DNA of 29,317 nt from a virus (Duplodnaviria > Caudoviricetes). The position numbers and the translations under genes are program-made. The stretch is from positions 1-29,317 of the IMG/VR virus record IMGVR_UViG_3300030332_000794; one strand, 5' to 3'. Within the stretch, counting starts at the first letter, position 1, and each line of letters starts with the position of its first letter. Below are positions 9,712 through 17,336 of the stretch, one piece after another. Under the pieces are notes generated by a model that searched no databases, had not been told where the DNA came from, and saw only the letters and a program-made list of their open reading frames with translations.

Positions 9712-10477
9712 TTGCCGCCCATCTACTAACTGCAGGATACAACTGATTTTCAATGATATGAGTAGCTTCAGTCTTCCTGTTCATGCTATGAGACAGCACG
9801 TTTGTACCTACGTTCAACAAATCCCAATATGTCTTTGGTTTATCAGCTATTAATCTGCCTGTTATGACTTCATTAGCCTGTATTGGGAACATCTTGATGA
9901 ACTTTATTATATGTTTCTCTTTCAAATCGGTGTCGAATAAGATAGGAAAATCATCTTTAAAGATCATCTTTGTTTTTTCCATAGTGTTATCTATTACAGA
10001 CTCTAGGTCATTCAGAGATATGTTATAGACGCTATGCTTGTTAGTATATTTACCAACAACTACACCTATGACTAATCCATTACTGCAAACTATTCTGAAA
10101 GCTCCAGACATAATATTTACTCCGACAGTTCCATTGTAGCTATTGTCAAATATAATCTCCGGTTCAATGTTTTCATTTTTGCCAAGATTAACTTTATGTT
10201 GTGGGAAGTGCCATTTAACACGAGTTCTTGCTCCATTGTTAAATGTGACAGCTTCTTTAACTTTCCCTTTATTCTTCTTAATAATGGGATCAGCATATTT
10301 CATAACTGTTTTATTATCAACAAGTTGGTACTCATCTGTCATACAGCTAAGAACCGCTCCGGTGTCTTCTCTGACTATGAATTTGTATCCAGAAGAATCT
10401 ATTTCTTTACCTTTTTCTGGAATCCCAATTGCTGGAACTTCTGTTACTGGGAACATTACTGATTGTAAATCACTCAT
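9704..10477 (-). CDS. DUF932/DUF945-family phage protein
   Basis: REDTGAVLS...YQLVDN and NSYNGT...GAFRIVCSNGL signatures; start MSDLQ with AAGGAGAG RBS. Confidence 0.8.
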   Translation of the reverse strand: MSDLQSVMFPVTEVPAIGIPEKGKEIDSSGYKFIVREDTGAVLSCMTDEYQLVDNKTVMKYADPIIKKNKGKVKEAVTFNNGARTRVKWHFPQHKVNLGKNENIEPEIIFDNSYNGTVGVNIMSGAFRIVCSNGLVIGVVVGKYTNKHSVYNISLNDLESVIDNTMEKTKMIFKDDFPILFDTDLKEKHIIKFIKMFPIQANEVITGRLIADKPKTYWDLLNVGTNVLSHSMNRKTEATHIIENQLYPAVSRWAASA

Positions 10478-10886
10478 TTTTCTCTCCTTGTTCATGATTT
10501 ATTACGGGAGGCGCAGTACCTAACATACGCCTTTCATTTTTTCTAATACTGTTTGCATTAGAATTTCTATTTTGTATTATTGATCTTAGATACGCAAATC
10601 CCTTTCCTTTTGCATAGTGTCCAGCTTGATAGTACTGCTCTATGCCCCATTGGACTGCTGTATCGTCTATGTCTCTTACGCCATATAGAAACAGAAAGTA
10701 TGTTCCACCATCTTCTGTATCTATGTTATTTACTATTAACTTTGCTATGTTTCTTATGAGTTTTACTGTTTTTTTGTTTCTTAGGCTTATTAGGTCTTTT
10801 ATTTCTTTAGATTTATTGTATTTTTTGAAATAAGAATATCCGCATGAAGGACACTTAAATGTCTGTGAGTCACTCGCTTTCTTCAT
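10470..10886 (-). CDS. Zn-knuckle protein with DnaD-like C-terminal motif (possible replication initiator/loader)
   Basis: CPSCG near the N-terminus; FAYLRSIIQN resembles the DnaD YxxxIxxN motif; lies upstream of dnaB. Function is inference. Confidence 0.5.
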   Translation of the reverse strand: MKKASDSQTFKCPSCGYSYFKKYNKSKEIKDLISLRNKKTVKLIRNIAKLIVNNIDTEDGGTYFLFLYGVRDIDDTAVQWGIEQYYQAGHYAKGKGFAYLRSIIQNRNSNANSIRKNERRMLGTAPPVINHEQGEKNE

Positions 10887-11097
10887 AGTCTTTCTGCATA
10901 TTGTCGTGTATTTTATTTAGATTAGTGAATACTGGATTATCTTTGTTGTCTCGTATATTCCTGTGAGCTTCTAAAAATCCTTCGGCAACTTCTAGTGAAG
11001 TTTTCCCAGTTAGCTTTGAAAGAAAACCAACTTCTTCAACTAGTTCATCTTTTTTATTATTCTCACATAGATATGATATGTATGCCATTTTTCCCAT
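10870..11097 (-). CDS. Hypothetical protein
   Basis: Start MGKMAY with AAGGAG RBS; coupled in operon. Confidence 0.75.
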   Translation of the reverse strand: MGKMAYISYLCENNKKDELVEEVGFLSKLTGKTSLEVAEGFLEAHRNIRDNKDNPVFTNLNKIHDNMQKDYEESE

Positions 11098-11111
11098 TAT
11101 ATTTCTCCTTT

Positions 11112-11342
11112 TTAGTATGTTTTTATCCAACCATCTTTTCCTTCACAGACTGGACATATTTTTTTAGGTTTACCATAAGTAACAAAATCTTTATAATATA
11201 ATATCTCTTTAGGATATCCTTTTTTTCTGTTGTTTCTTACAGTTTGAATTTCCCAGCAATCCTCACATTTATTACAATATGAGACTACCGAGTCTGCTTT
11301 TCTAGCATCAAATGATTTACTATCAGCAGTTTCTTTTTTCAT
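11112..11342 (-). CDS. Small Cys-rich (Zn-binding) hypothetical protein
   Basis: CNKCEDC and CPVC; ATGA overlap with upstream gene. Confidence 0.75.
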   Translation of the reverse strand: MKKETADSKSFDARKADSVVSYCNKCEDCWEIQTVRNNRKKGYPKEILYYKDFVTYGKPKKICPVCEGKDGWIKTY

Positions 11343-11737
11343 TCCTCTTCCATTGATTTATCATAAGCAATTATTTGAGCATTTGTGTCATGATATCTAT
11401 TTTCACTGCTGTCATTCTCATCGCCTGGATCATGTGGTGACACCCATTTTACATTATCTGGTGTAGTAACATCTTTCCCAACCACTGGTACATTAATATT
11501 GTAGTTGCTGGGATAATTATCCATATCCTCTAACATTTCTTTATTATTATATTCATCAGCAGTAGTTGGTTCACCATCAAGAGCTGCTCTTGCTACTCCT
11601 CTAAGATATACAGAATTTGCTTGATCTCCACATGATGCTATTTCACCTAATGCATGAAAATATCTATCCAATCTCTCCGACAGCCATCTTACATGACCAT
11701 CTATTTTTTCCAACTTGTCTTGTATTTGTTCTTTCAT
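11339..11737 (-). CDS. Hypothetical protein
   Basis: 132-aa ORF, AAGGAG RBS. Confidence 0.75.
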   Translation of the reverse strand: MKEQIQDKLEKIDGHVRWLSERLDRYFHALGEIASCGDQANSVYLRGVARAALDGEPTTADEYNNKEMLEDMDNYPSNYNINVPVVGKDVTTPDNVKWVSPHDPGDENDSSENRYHDTNAQIIAYDKSMEEE

Positions 11738-11747
11738 TTTATTCTCC

Positions 11748-12041
11748 TTATACTATTTTAGCTTCTGTTTGTGAGGCCCATCTGTGTTTACCTAGATAAA
11801 ATGCTTTATCTTTTTCTGATACATGACTAACTGATGTAACTAAAACTGTAGCAGATACATCACTTACATCTACCAGTACAGCTCTTGTCCCAGACTGTGT
11901 TTCCACTAGTTCCCCAATTCTTATGTCTTTTAAATATTTGCAACCTTTAGCAGGTTTCCAATCAGGCCCATTCTTCATAGCTGCCTTTGCTAGTTTATTA
12001 GCCTGATTGATTTTCCTTTTTAGAATATTGATTCTCTTCAA
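11748..12041 (-). CDS. Hypothetical protein
   Basis: 97-aa ORF, TTG start with GGAGAG RBS. Confidence 0.7.
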   Translation of the reverse strand: MKRINILKRKINQANKLAKAAMKNGPDWKPAKGCKYLKDIRIGELVETQSGTRAVLVDVSDVSATVLVTSVSHVSEKDKAFYLGKHRWASQTEAKIV

Positions 12042-12225
12042 GTTCTTTCTCTCCCTGTATTATGTCTTCTTTTATTTTAGTGAAATCAGTTATTATTTTA
12101 TGGAACATATTGCTGTTATCAAAATTACTAAAATGTTCACATGACTTTTTTGCATGAACAAGTGATATAACAACCCAATCTATTTCAGATTTTGTTAATT
12201 TTATTGTTGCTGATGATTCCATCAT
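11998..12225 (-). CDS. Hypothetical protein
   Basis: 75-aa ORF overlapping both neighbours in the operon. Confidence 0.7.
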   Translation of the reverse strand: MMESSATIKLTKSEIDWVVISLVHAKKSCEHFSNFDNSNMFHKIITDFTKIKEDIIQGEKELEENQYSKKENQSG

Positions 12226-12572
12226 AATACTACTTCTTTCGAAACATATGGAGTACGAAAGAAATCAACCTTTTTCATAATATCTTTCGGTATATACCAT
12301 TGCTTGCCTTGATTACCGTGATTCTGTAAGTTTCCGTTATTTTGAGCAGCTCTTATACCTATTGAAAGAGTAGTTCTTTTAACAGGATCAATAAATATAA
12401 ACTTTTTGATCTTATTATCTTTAGCATATCCCATCAGTTTATTATCAAATGACAGGAATCTACCATTCCATAGGACTGCTGTACGGAATGAAAATTCTCT
12501 TATTATTTTATCATCTATATGTTTGCCAAGAAATGTCTTACGGTCATTGACTATTGTATATATAGCTTTCAT
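12222..12572 (-). CDS. Hypothetical basic protein
   Basis: 116-aa ORF, AAGGAGAG RBS; first gene after the 12605-12675 RNA element. Confidence 0.75.
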   Translation of the reverse strand: MKAIYTIVNDRKTFLGKHIDDKIIREFSFRTAVLWNGRFLSFDNKLMGYAKDNKIKKFIFIDPVKRTTLSIGIRAAQNNGNLQNHGNQGKQWYIPKDIMKKVDFFRTPYVSKEVVL

Positions 12573-12604
12573 TTTTCTCTCCTTATAAAACTATAATTGG
12601 GGGA

Positions 12605-12675
12605 AAGGGCGACTATCTCAATACCAAGGAGAGATAAGGGGGAACATGATACAATATTTGAGTTCAGCCGCCCTT
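12605..12675 (-). ncRNA. Putative three-way-junction RNA/leader with anti-SD tract
   Basis: Closing stem AAGGGCGGCT/AGTCGCCCTT, inner GAAC/GTTC and ATCTC/GAGAT hairpins; contains TCCCCCTTATCTCTCCTT; starts 6-7 nt after a -10 box. Confidence 0.6.
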
Positions 12676-12681
12676 ATCTCA

Positions 12682-12710
12682 AAGTTACATTCGTTGTGTA
12701 TTACAATCAA
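12682..12710 (-). promoter_or_regulatory. Sigma70-like promoter
   Basis: TTGATT-N17-TAACTT on the minus strand. Confidence 0.65.
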
Positions 12711-12739
12711 AAGTAATTCCTTAGTATTTTTCAGATACT

Positions 12740-13378
12740 CTAGAAGGGTACGTCTTCTTCAAGTTCGTCTTCTGATAATACATCGCCATCTGGCCATTGT
12801 ATTACGTTGTTGACTTTGAAGGTTGCACGCTTCTCTTGTTGATCTGAAGGCAAGTGCTTTGTTTCAGTAGTGACAAATTCATGTCTCTTGACTGTAATCA
12901 AAACAGGTTGACCGCATACATCTTCTTCTTCAAGAAGAATGAGCTGTTTAACCTTCTTACCTTCTACTTCCTCTTCTTTACATGACATTCCGAGGTTATC
13001 AAGAAGTTCAAAGTATCTGCGATTCTTACTACTTGAGCTTGTATCAGTAAAGATAAAGAACCCATTGTCATAAAAGGTTCTATCTTTTAAGTGAGCACAT
13101 CCTATCGTGGACTGTTCATCACTTCCATTACTAGCTGGGATTCTTTCACCTGTCTGTGGATTCTTCTTGTATTCGTATCCATCCATTTCCCATTCAAGTT
13201 GTGTAAGTTTAGCAACTTCTGGAGCTACTTTGTAGGTCATGTTGACTACAATAGCTTCACCAGCTCTTGTGTTAACTTCCTTTGTGGAAAGCGATGTTAT
13301 ATGAGCTGGGTAAGTCCCCTCTTCAATAGGTCTCCATTGAGAGTTGGGATCGAATGTTGCATCGAGTGTTTTAGCCAT
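12740..13378 (-). CDS. Single-stranded DNA-binding protein (DUF669/gp2.5-like)
   Basis: PIEEGTYPAHI N-terminus, acidic tail ending EEDVPF, located in the recombination cluster. Confidence 0.7.
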   Translation of the reverse strand: MAKTLDATFDPNSQWRPIEEGTYPAHITSLSTKEVNTRAGEAIVVNMTYKVAPEVAKLTQLEWEMDGYEYKKNPQTGERIPASNGSDEQSTIGCAHLKDRTFYDNGFFIFTDTSSSSKNRRYFELLDNLGMSCKEEEVEGKKVKQLILLEEEDVCGQPVLITVKRHEFVTTETKHLPSDQQEKRATFKVNNVIQWPDGDVLSEDELEEDVPF

Positions 13379-13393
13379 TATGTCTCCTTATTG

Positions 13394-13669
13394 TTATTTA
13401 TTATTGGTTTTAGGTGTGATCGTGTACTTTTCAAGCAACTTCTGGTATTCAGCTAAGAAATTTTCCATATTCTTGCTTGGTTTTGTGCCTTTACCACCTC
13501 TCATATAAAGGCATGGTTGTACCATTTTGTTATCAGCAGTTTTTATAAACCTCTTTGTAGGCTTTCTGGTACTTACAGTATCACTGTTTTTCAACTCAGC
13601 GATTGCTTTATCAGATAAAACACCTGCTTCTTTTAGTTCCTGAACATTATCGGATTTTATTTTACCCAT
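13394..13669 (-). CDS. Hypothetical basic protein
   Basis: 91-aa ORF, AAGGAGAG RBS. Confidence 0.75.
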   Translation of the reverse strand: MGKIKSDNVQELKEAGVLSDKAIAELKNSDTVSTRKPTKRFIKTADNKMVQPCLYMRGGKGTKPSKNMENFLAEYQKLLEKYTITPKTNNK

Positions 13670-13931
13670 TGTTCTCTCCTTTTATTGTGGTTCTTCCAAA
13701 TGTCTCTGGTTGAGGCAGTGGAAGTTCTTCCATTGTGAAAGTGTGAAATGATGGATTTACAGTAAGAGCTGTATTCTCTTCTGTCTGAAATACCATCATT
13801 GGTTTTCCATTCAAGAGTTTAGTGCCTTTATACACTACTCTCCTAAATTCTTTTCCGTCATTGGTTCCTATAGTATAACATTCTTCTTCTTTAAGAAGTC
13901 CGTCATCATAGCTTCTATTCAGATTTTTCAT
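13662..13931 (-). CDS. Hypothetical protein
   Basis: 89-aa ORF overlapping neighbours. Confidence 0.75.
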   Translation of the reverse strand: MKNLNRSYDDGLLKEEECYTIGTNDGKEFRRVVYKGTKLLNGKPMMVFQTEENTALTVNPSFHTFTMEELPLPQPETFGRTTIKGENNG

Positions 13932-14547
13932 TTTTATTTTCCAGTTCCCTTTCTAGTTTGGCAAATGATGCATTATAGTTAGCAGTATTAATGCTTTGGT
14001 CTTTGATTAACTCATGCACTTGAGAAAGTCGGTCTTCACTTATTTCACCAGCAAGAACAAGTATATCATTCTTCTGTTCATCAGACAGCTCCATATCATC
14101 TACTTGGTTGCGGTACACATCATCTGCAATATTGAGATAAAAGTTGAAAGCCTTCTTTATACAATCCGTATTAGACGCTTTAATATCGTTTCCTATATCA
14201 ACAAACTCATTTGTACCACGTTTCTTCTGTATCCTATGTGCTGCTACCATATCGCCTTCACGCCAGATACCTTCATCATACCATTTCAGTCGACCATGTA
14301 TTACATAAGCCTCACTTCCTAAGTTCTCGGTTTTCTCTATTGTCCATGACCAACCGGGATATTCTTTATCAACAATTTCTCTCATATAAGAGAACTCTAC
14401 ATAGTCCATACCCATTTTCTTTTTCACAAATGGTTTGGGTGTTGACATATCAGACACTTTCTTATGTTTAAGCGTTATAGCTTCTCTTATTATATCTGTT
14501 GCAGCTAACATTTCTTTGTCAGCTATGACTACTGATTTATCGTTCAT
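13915..14547 (-). CDS. Sak/Rad52-like single-strand annealing protein
   Basis: TPKPFVKKKMGMDYV...YPGWSW...DIKASNTDCIKKAF..L.IADDVY matches the Rad52/Sak pattern; adjacent to an exonuclease. Confidence 0.8.
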   Translation of the reverse strand: MNDKSVVIADKEMLAATDIIREAITLKHKKVSDMSTPKPFVKKKMGMDYVEFSYMREIVDKEYPGWSWTIEKTENLGSEAYVIHGRLKWYDEGIWREGDMVAAHRIQKKRGTNEFVDIGNDIKASNTDCIKKAFNFYLNIADDVYRNQVDDMELSDEQKNDILVLAGEISEDRLSQVHELIKDQSINTANYNASFAKLERELENKNEKSE

Positions 14548-14680
14548 TATCTCTCCTTATTTTATGTTTTATTTTATCTACCATTGCAAATACAAATAAT
14601 ATCAATCCTAATATCATCATTGCATCTATTAATATATACATTAATGGCAATAGGATATTCGTTGCTAACCATTCCCCCAT
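14537..14680 (-). CDS. Small membrane protein (47 aa)
   Basis: Not in ORF track: MGEWLATNILLPLMYILIDAMMILGLILFVFAMVDKIKHKIRRDNER; AAGGA RBS; hydrophobic stretch plus basic tail. Confidence 0.65.
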   Translation of the reverse strand: MGEWLATNILLPLMYILIDAMMILGLILFVFAMVDKIKHKIRRDNER

Positions 14681-14699
14681 AATATTATTCCTTTATTTA

Positions 14700-15440
14700 T
14701 TATGTTTTAGATATTGTACTTGGGCAGATACTGCTATATGAACAATATCCACACTCCCAATTTTCAAATGGAACTCCTTCTATTATGCCCGGCATGAGTT
14801 CTTCTTCAAAATATTTCTTACCAGTATCTTCTAACCATTGATTAAGCTCTACCCAGTATTCTAAAGCAGTATCCATCCATCCATTCATTACAAGTTTTTC
14901 TCTCATCATACTTGTGTTCTTGTTATAGAATACTAAATACATCATCATATGGTCAGGATCAAATCTTTCTTTGATTGCCATTCCATATGTACTTAACTGC
15001 ATCTTATACATTCTGGTAGAATTTTCTTTCCTATTCTTCTTTATACCAAATATAGTAGACCACTTAAAAGCAGCTGCTGTCTTTAAATCATATAAATTAA
15101 AGGTGCTTTTATCATCTTCATTAATTATTTCACCATAATCAAATGTTCCTGTTACATTTAATTCTGGTATTATTATATTTTCTTCAATCCATATTAGTTT
15201 TTCGGGATTAGCATCTTGGTACTTAGTTATAGCTTCTTCTACATCACTGTGTACTACAGTGCCTAACCTTAAAACTTTGAGCGACTTATTATCTAAGTCA
15301 TCTTTTGGAAAATCGAAATAAGAATACAGTTGTTTTCTGTAACAACTACCTGCTGATGATGCGTGAAATACATTTTGATCACGCTCTCTCCTCAAATTTA
15401 TTTCTTTAAGATAATCACAATAGATAGATTCTATGTTCAT
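14700..15440 (-). CDS. Cas4-like PD-(D/E)xK exonuclease
   Basis: HASSAGSCYRK, GTVVH, GTFD...YDLKT, QLSTY, C-terminal CGYC-x5-C (1+3 Cys Fe-S pattern). Confidence 0.85.
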   Translation of the reverse strand: MNIESIYCDYLKEINLRRERDQNVFHASSAGSCYRKQLYSYFDFPKDDLDNKSLKVLRLGTVVHSDVEEAITKYQDANPEKLIWIEENIIIPELNVTGTFDYGEIINEDDKSTFNLYDLKTAAAFKWSTIFGIKKNRKENSTRMYKMQLSTYGMAIKERFDPDHMMMYLVFYNKNTSMMREKLVMNGWMDTALEYWVELNQWLEDTGKKYFEEELMPGIIEGVPFENWECGYCSYSSICPSTISKT

Positions 15441-15464
15441 TTTATCCCCCTTTTAAATTGTCTA

Positions 15465-15493
15465 AATTTAACAATATCTGAGTTTACGATCAA
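15465..15493 (-). promoter_or_regulatory. Sigma70-like promoter for the recombination operon
   Basis: TTGATC-N17-TAAATT with extended -10 TG; shares TTGATYGTAA with the 12710 promoter. Confidence 0.65.
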
Positions 15494-15500
15494 TAACTAA

Positions 15501-15593
15501 TAGTTTGGGGGCGAGGCTGCATCCACCTCAGCCTATTCATTTGAGGCCTAGTTAACCTCTATTCTTTCTAAATGCATTTTTGCCCCCAAACCA
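15501..15593 (-). ncRNA. Structured RNA domain A (three-way junction)
   Basis: Closing stem GTTTGGGGGC/GCCCCCAAAC (10 bp perfect, 12 with extension); inner CATTT/AAATG plus GAGGT/GCCTC arm, and an AGGCTG/CAGCCT hairpin. Confidence 0.55.
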
Positions 15594-15598
15594 ATTTA

Positions 15599-15709
15599 GC
15601 AAAGCAGTAAGAACCATGCTACGGATATAAGCCCCATGTCTTTATGTTCTCTTGTACTTCAGTTTTCAACATGGAAGGCACGTGTACTTTATTAAGCCAT
15701 CTGCTTTGC
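15599..15709 (-). ncRNA. Structured RNA domain B (multi-branch)
   Basis: Closing stem GCAAAGCAG/CTGCTTTGC; inner CTTC/GAAG and GAGAAC/GTTCTT plus CATG/CATG arms. Confidence 0.5.
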
Positions 15710-15715
15710 AAATAA

Positions 15716-15795
15716 TAGGCTGTGGATAGTTACAACGCTCATTATAAAATCTCAGGCCTGAGACTTATGAACATGCCCGGTGCCACCACAGCCTA
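15716..15795 (-). ncRNA. Structured RNA domain C (long irregular hairpin)
   Basis: TAGGCTGTGG/CCACAGCCTA, TGTTCAT/ATGAGCG and AAGTCTCA/TGAGATTT helices; G-U pairs favour the minus strand. Confidence 0.55.
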
Positions 15796-15798
15796 AGT

Positions 15799-16344
15799 TC
15801 AACAGATTTCGAAACCACCACTCTTGTCACAGAATTGTGCGAAATCTCTTACATTCTTTACACTAAATGGGTATTCTGCAATCCATGGTTTTGTTTCGCC
15901 TTTTCCATCACATCCATTGCATTTACCTTTAACGAACTCATCATTGCGTATACCTTTCCCATCACAGAGATTACATTTTTCAGAATCTAGATCATCTAGT
16001 GTTTTTTCTCTATCAGATGCATATCTTCTGATATGACCTTCTTTGTCTAACTTTCTGATTCTTGCTGCCATTCTCTTTGCTTTTGTTTTAGATATCCTAT
16101 GCCCATTATTCATTTCACCTTCTGTCATATCTTTATCAGTTAGTATATCATCACACATAAAGGAAACATAGTTCCATAGAGGTCTCCACCACCATACATT
16201 ATTTCTAAAATATGCTCCGGGAGTGTTCATCTGCCAAGCAAAATATGCTTTAGACTCTTCTTCATCATATTTACCCTGACCCCAGTTTGGTTGATCTGGA
16301 ATCACATCTGTTTCAGGCTTTAAGCCATATACATCGAACCCCAT
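15799..16344 (-). CDS. Hypothetical protein with DnaJ-type CxxCxGxG zinc finger
   Basis: CNLCDGKG...CNGCDGKG; YFRNNVWWWRPLW motif; AAGGAG RBS. Confidence 0.8.
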   Translation of the reverse strand: MGFDVYGLKPETDVIPDQPNWGQGKYDEEESKAYFAWQMNTPGAYFRNNVWWWRPLWNYVSFMCDDILTDKDMTEGEMNNGHRISKTKAKRMAARIRKLDKEGHIRRYASDREKTLDDLDSEKCNLCDGKGIRNDEFVKGKCNGCDGKGETKPWIAEYPFSVKNVRDFAQFCDKSGGFEIC

Positions 16345-16547
16345 TAGTTTTTCTCCTTATTTGTTCTATTTTTCTTCGTTTTTTGGTCTATATGTTTATA
16401 ATATCGAGCCATCCGAAGCGGCACGACCTTCTCTTCGTTGCATTTACCACAACATCTTCCTTTAGGGTTAACTGGCCAAGGATTATGACCACCTCCCCAA
16501 CCATCTAAGTCAGATATTATCTTATTGCTACATATTATACATATCAT
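16344..16547 (-). CDS. Small Zn-finger protein
   Basis: CIIC...GHNPWP...RCCGKC. Confidence 0.75.
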   Translation of the reverse strand: MICIICSNKIISDLDGWGGGHNPWPVNPKGRCCGKCNEEKVVPLRMARYYKHIDQKTKKNRTNKEKN

Positions 16548-16744
16548 TTTCTCTCCTCCTCTTCATATATATAGTCTAAGAGGTCTGAATACTCTTCGAC
16601 TAGTTTGATTATTTTGTTTTCTATTCTGTTTAATCTGATTACTATGCTTATAAAGAAACACAACATAAAGAATACATAAGCTTCCCATGCTAACATGAAT
16701 GGAGCTGTATTTTCTAACATAGACTCCCAATAATGTTTAAACAT
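16544..16744 (-). CDS. Small membrane protein
   Basis: One hydrophobic helix followed by an acidic tail; AAGGAG RBS. Confidence 0.7.
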   Translation of the reverse strand: MFKHYWESMLENTAPFMLAWEAYVFFMLCFFISIVIRLNRIENKIIKLVEEYSDLLDYIYEEEERK

Positions 16745-16746
16745 AT

Positions 16747-16983
16747 TTATTTCTCCTTAGTATCTGCGATTGCATTTGCTATATTATTTAAAGCGTCTGC
16801 TATATTATTTAATGAATAGTTCACCTCAAATATTGCATCTACAACGCCTTTATCATAGTCATTTATGAAACTGTGTCGTATTGTTTGTGTTAGATTGCCA
16901 ATTTGCCTTCCAACTGAACTGTAATCAGATGATTTACTCAAGCTTTCAGCTATATTGTTTATTGCCTGAAATGTTTTATCCAT
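16747..16983 (-). CDS. Hypothetical helical protein
   Basis: 78 aa, heptad-like LNNIADALNNIANAI; AAGGA RBS. Confidence 0.7.
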   Translation of the reverse strand: MDKTFQAINNIAESLSKSSDYSSVGRQIGNLTQTIRHSFINDYDKGVVDAIFEVNYSLNNIADALNNIANAIADTKEK

Positions 16984-16986
16984 TAT

Positions 16987-17274
16987 TTATCCTTTCTCCA
17001 ATATATCTGTTATTTTGTCATATGTTTCTTTACCAGACGATGATAATCTATAATAGTCCCATCCAAGCATTTTTATCAATTTAACGAGTTCAACCTTACT
17101 ATTCTTTATCAGCTTTACTCCAGACGGGTTAGCCATAGAATATGGAGGCCCATAATCTTGTGTACGATCATGTTCATCTTCATGATTCAAGCATTCATCA
17201 CACATACGTTCATCGACATCGCCTGTTTGCTCAGTATATTCATTATTACATTCACAACATGTCCATTTTACCAT
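16987..17274 (-). CDS. Hypothetical Zn-binding protein
   Basis: CCEC...CDEC; AGGAG RBS. Confidence 0.75.
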   Translation of the reverse strand: MVKWTCCECNNEYTEQTGDVDERMCDECLNHEDEHDRTQDYGPPYSMANPSGVKLIKNSKVELVKLIKMLGWDYYRLSSSGKETYDKITDILEKG

Positions 17275-17295
17275 TTTCGACTCCTATAGTTATAA

Positions 17296-17326
17296 GAAAT
17301 AGGCCGGAGTGTATCCAGCCTATTCC
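17296..17326 (-). terminator. Intergenic hairpin (weak terminator/attenuator or processing site)
   Basis: GGAATAGGCTGGA-tacac-TCCGGCCTATTTC (13 bp, 2 G-U) followed by TTAT; the U-tract is imperfect. Confidence 0.55.
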
Positions 17327-17336
17327 TCGGTTACTA

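Noticed and set aside
12626-12813. Plus-strand RBS-like AAGGAGAG/AGGGGG plus ATG (12646) opening a 55-aa antisense ORF
   Set aside because: It overlaps the SSB-like gene and a promoter in antisense, with no + promoter seen; better explained as the complement of the anti-SD tract, though not excluded.
14700-15795. CRISPR-Cas locus (Cas4-like gene next to a repeat-rich intergenic region)
   Set aside because: No direct repeat-spacer periodicity and no cas1/cas2; solo Cas4-like exonucleases beside annealases are ordinary phage recombination genes.
15501-15795. tRNA cluster or known self-cleaving ribozymes
   Set aside because: No T-loop (TTCRA), D-arm or 7-nt anticodon arm; I could not fit hammerhead, twister or pistol cores by eye. 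A covariance-model search is still warranted.
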